DNA of 64,000 nt from Nitrospinales bacterium (lineage in GTDB: Bacteria; Nitrospinota; Nitrospinia; Nitrospinales; VA-1): NCBI GenBank assembly GCA_965223345.1, contig CBDCWG010000007.1, forward strand, positions 192,001-256,000. Reading direction: 5' to 3'. Of this stretch, positions 57,811 through 64,000 are shown piece after piece (position 1 is the first letter of the stretch; every line of letters starts with the position of its first letter). The translations under genes were made by a program, and so were the position numbers. The notes below the pieces were generated by a model that did no database searches, had not been told where the DNA came from, and saw nothing but the letters and a program-made list of their open reading frames with translations.

Positions 57811-58748
57811 TGATCCAGTTCCTTGAATATGCGTTTCACATCCTTGACGTCATCGATGGACTTATGAATGATCGGCGGGATCTTCCACTTGAGCAACATG
57901 CGCAGGCCGATCGGAATCAGATCCATCAGACCCTTGATGTTGAAAATCCCGATCGATTCAATGGGAATACGGTTCTCGTCGAGCCGCCCGCTGCGTTTCA
58001 CGGAGTTGGCAAAAGAGAGGGCGTGACGCGCGCCGTTGTTGTTGGTCACGCCCTGTTCCATGGCGACGGTCATGATTTCCTTGATGCGGTAGAACGGTTC
58101 GGCGGGCTTGGGACAGCGCTCGACGCATTCGGCGCAGTGGGTGCAGTCCCAGATGCCGCCCGGCTCGCTGAGCTCGGTGACGCGCTCAAGCGTGTCGCCG
58201 TCGCGCGAATCGCACACGAAGCGCTGCGCCTTGGCGAGGGCGGCGGGGCCGAGAAATTTGTCGTCTACCTCGAGGACATTGCAGTCGGAATAACAGTTGC
58301 CGCACATGATGCAGGTGCTGGCGTCGTCGATCAGGCTGAACTGTTCCGGTGACTGCTTTCTTTCCTTTTCCGGGGGCTTGTCCGACGGCTTGAGATACGG
58401 CTTGACCTTGTCGAGCTTGTCCCAGAACGGTTTGAAATCGACGGCCAGATCCTTGATCGGCTGCATGTTGCCCAAAGGCTCGACGGTGATGGTGTCGTTT
58501 TGGTCGAGCTGGCTGGTCGCCTGCCGCTGACAGGCCAGGATGGCGTGGCCGTTGACCTTCATGCCGCAGGAGCCGCAGATGGCGCTGCGGCAGGACATGC
58601 GGTAGGTCAGAGAGCCGTCCATCGTCCACTTGATCAGGTTGATGCAGTCGAGCACTGTGGAGCCGGGCGGGATGTCGAGTTCGAAATCCTCGTAGTAGGG
58701 CTCGGGCTGCTTTTCGGGATTGAAGCGCTTGATCCGGAATGTCGCCAT
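57807..58748 (-). CDS. sdhB: Succinate dehydrogenase/fumarate reductase Fe-S subunit
   Basis: [33 protein letters not shown]. Confidence 0.95.
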   Translation of the reverse strand: MATFRIKRFNPEKQPEPYYEDFELDIPPGSTVLDCINLIKWTMDGSLTYRMSCRSAICGSCGMKVNGHAILACQRQATSQLDQNDTITVEPLGNMQPIKDLAVDFKPFWDKLDKVKPYLKPSDKPPEKERKQSPEQFSLIDDASTCIMCGNCYSDCNVLEVDDKFLGPAALAKAQRFVCDSRDGDTLERVTELSEPGGIWDCTHCAECVERCPKPAEPFYRIKEIMTVAMEQGVTNNNGARHALSFANSVKRSGRLDENRIPIESIGIFNIKGLMDLIPIGLRMLLKWKIPPIIHKSIDDVKDVKRIFKELDQ

Positions 58749-60457
58749 CAGTACTTTCTTTCCGTGGGTTGATGCTTGGTGATCACAACGGGTTTGTACC
58801 TGAGTTCCAGTCCGTCGTCGGAATCGAAGACAAACGTGTGCTTCAAAAACGATTCGTCGTCCCGCTTGGGATGATCGGTGCGGTGATGGCCGCCGCGGCT
58901 TTCGTTGCGCGCCAGCGCGGCGACGGCGATCATCTCCGCCACCTTGAGCATGTTGCCGAGCTCCAGGATTTCATAGATTTCGGTGTTGAACAATTTGCCC
59001 TTGTCCGTCACTTTACCTTTTTTAAAGCGGATTTGCAGTTGTTTGACGGTGTCGATGCACACTTTCAGTTTTTCGGCGTCGCGGAACACCCCGCAATGAC
59101 TCATCATGATCTCTTTCATCTCATTGCGGATCGTGTTGTAGTTTTCGCTGCCATCCCGTTGATAAATATCCTCGAACATTTTCAACACTTTGGCCTTTTC
59201 CGGCCCTTCGTTGACGTGGGCGAAATCCACACTTTTCGCATATTCCAGCGCAGACTTTCCGGCGCGCTCGCCGAACACCGTGGCGTCGAGCAGCGAGTTG
59301 GTGCCCAGGCGGTTGGCGCCGTGCACCGAAACGCAGGCGCATTCGCCGGCGGCGAAAAATCCCTTGAGCGGCGTGCCCTTTTCATCGATCAGCACTTGGC
59401 CGAACTTGTTGGTCGGGATGCCGCCCATCGAATAATGCGCGGTGGGCTGAATGGGCAGCGGGTCCTTGACGCAATCGACGGAGATGAAATCGATGCCCAG
59501 CTGGCGGATCTGCGGCAGCCGCTCCATGATTCGGGCTTCACCGAGATGCCGCAGGTCGAGGTGGATGATGTCCTTGCCATCGACGCCGCGGCCGGCGTCG
59601 ATCTCGCTCTGTTCGGCGCGCGCGACGATGTCCCTGGGGGCCAGCTCCATGCGCGAGGGCGCGTATTTTTCCATGAAGCGCTCGCCCTTGCCGTTGAGCA
59701 GGAAACCGCCCTCCCCGCGCGCGGCCTCGGAAAACAGAATCCCCTGGCGGTACAGCCCCGAAGGATGAAACTGCACAAACTCCGGGTCCTCCATCGGAAT
59801 GCCCGCTTTGAACGCCGCCATCACGCCGTCTGCGGTGCTGGCGAACGCGTTGGTGGTGATGCGGAACACACGGCCGTAGCCGCCGGTGGCGAACACCACC
59901 GCCTTGGCCTGCATGACCTCCAGATTGCCGGTGCGGATGTCGCTCACGACCACGCCGTTACAGCGCCCGTCTTCGACGATGAGCGAGTGCATGTACCACT
60001 CGGAATAGATTTTTATGGATTTGCTTTGCTTGAGGAGCTGTTCGTGCAGGGCGTGCAGGATGGCGTGGCCGGTGCGGTCGGCGGAGAAGCAGGCCCGCGG
60101 CTTGGAGTGCCCGCCGAAACTGCGCTGGGCGATCTTGCCGTCGGGCGTGCGGCTGAACACGCAGCCCATGTGCTCCAATTCGTAGATGACGCGCGGCGCG
60201 GCCTTGACGTATTCCTCGACCGCGTCCTGATCGCTTAAAAAATCGCCGCCCTTGATGGTGTCGTACATGTGCTCTTCCCAGGAATCGTCCTGGGAATTGC
60301 CGAGCGCGGCGGCGATCCCACCCTGGGCAGCGCCGGAATGGGATCGGGAAGGATACACTTTGGTGAGCAGCGCCACGTCCAGATCCTTGGACACTTCCAG
60401 GGCTGCGCGCATGCCCGCGAGCCCGGCGCCGATGATGACGACATCGTGTTTGATCAC
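58748..60457 (-). CDS. sdhA: Succinate dehydrogenase/fumarate reductase flavoprotein
   Basis: [37 protein letters not shown]. Confidence 0.96.
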   Translation of the reverse strand: MIKHDVVIIGAGLAGMRAALEVSKDLDVALLTKVYPSRSHSGAAQGGIAAALGNSQDDSWEEHMYDTIKGGDFLSDQDAVEEYVKAAPRVIYELEHMGCVFSRTPDGKIAQRSFGGHSKPRACFSADRTGHAILHALHEQLLKQSKSIKIYSEWYMHSLIVEDGRCNGVVVSDIRTGNLEVMQAKAVVFATGGYGRVFRITTNAFASTADGVMAAFKAGIPMEDPEFVQFHPSGLYRQGILFSEAARGEGGFLLNGKGERFMEKYAPSRMELAPRDIVARAEQSEIDAGRGVDGKDIIHLDLRHLGEARIMERLPQIRQLGIDFISVDCVKDPLPIQPTAHYSMGGIPTNKFGQVLIDEKGTPLKGFFAAGECACVSVHGANRLGTNSLLDATVFGERAGKSALEYAKSVDFAHVNEGPEKAKVLKMFEDIYQRDGSENYNTIRNEMKEIMMSHCGVFRDAEKLKVCIDTVKQLQIRFKKGKVTDKGKLFNTEIYEILELGNMLKVAEMIAVAALARNESRGGHHRTDHPKRDDESFLKHTFVFDSDDGLELRYKPVVITKHQPTERKY

Positions 60458-60707
60458 AAAAAAAACCCCAAAAAACTCCAGAAGGCGCCGCTGTGTCGCC
60501 GGGACAAAACGCGCCCCGGGCTTTCGGCCCTTTGCAGCACAGATCCCCCAAACCCATGCAGCAAAAGAGCTTTTGGGGGTATACGGTGGTATCCGGTATG
60601 CGAGAAAAAGGGCGGAGGGGCCTCCTGGTGTCGTGATAACTGACTAAAATTGAAGGGCGTATTGAACCATTATCGGTCCGCTTCTGTCAAGAAAAATGAG
60701 AATGCGG

Positions 60708-60735
60708 TTGAAAATGCGGGGAAACCTAATATAAT
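60708..60735 (+). promoter_or_regulatory. Putative sigma70 promoter of the helicase gene
   Basis: TTGAAA-N16-TATAAT. Confidence 0.5.
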
Positions 60736-60855
60736 GGTAAATATATCAAAATGTTTCTAATAATTTAGCGAAATTTAATCCAGCCTTCCTGATGAATCAT
60801 CCCCCGTCGGTGGCTTACAAAAACTAACCTTCCTCACTAGCAGTCGGAGTACCCA

Positions 60856-62181
60856 TTGGAAAACATAGCATTCGAATCCCTGGACTTGACCGAAAAAGTC
60901 ATGGATGGAATCCGCGATGCGGATTTCAAATACTGCACCCCCATTCAAGGCGCGGTTCTGCCTTTGACCCTGCAGGGAAAAGACGTGGCGGGTCAGGCGC
61001 AGACCGGAACCGGAAAAACGGCGGCGTTTCTGATCACCCTGTTTCACCGCCTGCTTGAGAACAAGCCATCCGGTCCGCCGCCGAAAGGAAAAGCCGGACC
61101 GCGTGCGCTGATCATCGCGCCGACACGCGAGCTGGCGCGGCAGATCGAGATGGACGCCCGGCTGCTGGGCGGACACACCAATTTCAAGATCGTCTGCGTG
61201 TACGGCGGACTGGATTATCAGAAACAGAAAGACATGATCAAAGCGGGCGTGGACGTTCTCATCGCCACGCCGGGGCGGCTGATCGATTATTACAAGCAGC
61301 GGTTTTTCAGCCTCAAGCTGGTGGAGGTGCTGGTCATCGACGAGGCGGACCGCATGTTCGACATGGGGTTCATCCAGGATCTGCGCTACATCATGCGCAA
61401 CACCTCCCCCTACGACAAGCGGCTGACGATGCTGTTTTCCGCCACGCTCAATTTCCGCGTGATGGAGCTGTGCTACAAATTCATGAACAACCCGGAGCGG
61501 GTGACGATTGAACCGGAAAAAGCGGTGGTGGACGACATCGACCAGTCCCTCTACCACGTCGGGCACCATGAAAAGAACAACCTCCTGCTCGGTCTGCTGA
61601 AACAGGAGGAAGGCGAAAAGGTGCTGATCTTCTGCAACACCAAGGCGATGGCGGAACGGCTGGAACACAAACTCAAGCACAACGGCTACAACGCCGGACA
61701 GATCAGCGGCGACCTGCCGCAGAAAGCGCGCATCCGGGTACTGGAAAAATTCAAAGGCGGCGACATCGACATTCTGATCGCCACCGACGTGGCATCGCGC
61801 GGCATCCACGTGGACGACATCACGCATGTGATCAACTACGATCTGCCGCAGGACCCGGAGGACTACGTGCACCGCATCGGCCGCACGGCGCGGGCGGGGA
61901 AAAAAGGCACGGCGATCACCCTGTGCTGCGAAAACTACGCGGTGCACCTGGAACGGGTGGAAGACTTTCTCAAGCAGAAAATCCCGGTGGTGTGGGCGGA
62001 AGAAGAACTGTTCCTCAAGGAAAAACCGGGCGAACCCTCACGGCCACGCCGGTCATCCCGGCCGCGCGGTAAAACATCCGGCTCCAGCGCCAAAAAATCG
62101 GGAGACAGCCGGCCGAAACGCTCGCGGCCCCGACGCCGGCGTTCGTCATCCCGCCCTTCCGGTTCGGCGACGGCGCCTTGA
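60856..62181 (+). CDS. DEAD-box RNA helicase (RhlB-like)
   Basis: AQTGTGKT, PTRELA, DEAD, SAT, HRIGRTAR; Arg/Ser-rich tail. Confidence 0.95.
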   Translation: MENIAFESLDLTEKVMDGIRDADFKYCTPIQGAVLPLTLQGKDVAGQAQTGTGKTAAFLITLFHRLLENKPSGPPPKGKAGPRALIIAPTRELARQIEMDARLLGGHTNFKIVCVYGGLDYQKQKDMIKAGVDVLIATPGRLIDYYKQRFFSLKLVEVLVIDEADRMFDMGFIQDLRYIMRNTSPYDKRLTMLFSATLNFRVMELCYKFMNNPERVTIEPEKAVVDDIDQSLYHVGHHEKNNLLLGLLKQEEGEKVLIFCNTKAMAERLEHKLKHNGYNAGQISGDLPQKARIRVLEKFKGGDIDILIATDVASRGIHVDDITHVINYDLPQDPEDYVHRIGRTARAGKKGTAITLCCENYAVHLERVEDFLKQKIPVVWAEEELFLKEKPGEPSRPRRSSRPRGKTSGSSAKKSGDSRPKRSRPRRRRSSSRPSGSATAP

Positions 62182-62234
62182 TAGGCATCCCATCTCCCCT
62201 GCTCCGCTAGCCTCACGCGCAAACTAAAAAACCA

Positions 62235-62263
62235 GCCTCGCGCAAAGCCGCCAAGCCGCAAAG
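62235..62263. repeat. Left 29-bp inverted repeat (partner 63151-63179)
   Basis: GCCTCGCGCAAAGCCGCCAAGCCGCAAAG vs the reverse complement of the partner: 26/29 identical. Confidence 0.8.
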
Positions 62264-62333
62264 TAGACTGCTAGAAAATAGTATATCCAAAGCTAAAGAT
62301 TTGGCCTCTTTGCCTAGAGTCCCACTTACTCAT

Positions 62334-62819
62334 TCACGAATGAATTAATTTGTCACAAATGGAATCAATCAAAACCATTTCCGCATGGAATTCCTGTTTT
62401 CCTTTGTTTTCCACCGCATCATGAAGAAAAAACCTTGGATTAAAAAAAACCGATAGAGGCCCAACTAGGAAATAATTCGCACCGATTATTACGGCAGGAA
62501 TCCATAACGAATTGTAAAGGAGCCAGGGCACCCAAATAAAAGTTGAAATTTGGACAAAAGACAATAGCGATGAAAATGATTTTGCAACATTGGGAAAATT
62601 AAAATAAAAGCTATACCTTTTTAAAACGATAACTTCGTCCAACGTAAAAAAATAAGGTTCAGTATTGGGCTGATATTCGGCCTTGGTAACATTCTGGGAA
62701 AAATAAAGATATCCCTCTAAAAAAACTAAAAAGCAAATCGCAGAATACGAGGCTAATTTAGGGTCGAAAAAAGCCCATATTAAAAACCCTAAATAAATTG
62801 GAAAAAATAAGAATCCCAT
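62334..62819 (-). CDS. AT-rich hypothetical membrane protein
   Basis: 161 aa, Phe-rich TMs, RBS AAAGGGGGTG; composition differs sharply from the flanks. Confidence 0.75.
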   Translation of the reverse strand: MGFLFFPIYLGFLIWAFFDPKLASYSAICFLVFLEGYLYFSQNVTKAEYQPNTEPYFFTLDEVIVLKRYSFYFNFPNVAKSFSSLLSFVQISTFIWVPWLLYNSLWIPAVIIGANYFLVGPLSVFFNPRFFLHDAVENKGKQEFHAEMVLIDSICDKLIHS

Positions 62820-62968
62820 TTTTCACCCCCTTTATTATTCCAATTTTCACAAATCTTGTGGTAGTGCGATGAAAAATGAAGAAAAAAAAGTCAAGTTTTG
62901 ACTTATCATATTTTTTGTTGAGGTTTTTCGATATTTTAATAGGCTCCTCATTCCAAATACTTTTCTTA

Positions 62969-63179
62969 CCCTTCGACAGGTTCAGGGTGACAGATTATTG
63001 AGTCCCCCTCACCCAGCCCTCTCCCTCCAGGGGAGAGGGCTAATTTGAGTTCCCCCCTCTTACTTTTCTTTGCGTACTTAGCGGCTTGGCACAAAACCGC
63101 TTTTTAGCTTTTATCCACGTCTTTATCCTGTAATCCTGTCTCAGGTTTTTCTTTGCGTCTTCGCGCCTTTGCGCGAGGC
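62969..63179. repeat. Cluster of REP-like palindromic elements
   Basis: CCCTTCGACAGGTTCAGGG (62969), CCCTCACCCAGCCCTCTCCC..GGGAGAGGG (63004-63040), CTTTGCG-type units at 63068 and 63151. Confidence 0.65.
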
Positions 63180-63194
63180 CTGTTTTTTTCTGTC

Positions 63195-64000
<806 letters not shown>

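Overview
High-GC bacterial chromosomal window. The gene content (cytochrome bd-like subunit with c-type cytochromes and an EBDH-gamma/NxrC-like protein, type-E SdhABE, NrfHA, betaine methyltransferase) points to a marine nitrite oxidiser such as Nitrospina; this is inference, not a database result. Most of the window is housekeeping: cinA, purE, tsaC, acpS, lipid A and LPS enzymes, a polar-flagellum export cluster (fliL-fliA) with sigma54-like promoters, amtB plus a porin, ltaE, rpoZ, hisD, gcvPB, sdhABE, a DEAD-box helicase and the end of ligA. Best leads: (1) a four-gene cytochrome bd-like/cytochrome c/alternative-NxrC respiratory operon with no cydB; (2) an AT-rich array of six co-oriented small genes, including SUKH- and Imm7-like immunity proteins, with attC-like hairpin spacers and inverted GTCCGC repeats at its ends but no integrase; (3) an nrfHA pair (CxxCH-type NrfA) and stress module bracketed by a 45-bp duplication of the tfoX 3' end; (4) a REC-CheB protein lacking the catalytic Ser, paired with an HDOD protein; (5) an AT-rich orphan gene enclosed by 29-bp inverted repeats between the helicase and ligA. 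No rRNA, tRNA, CRISPR array, transposase or integrase was recognised.
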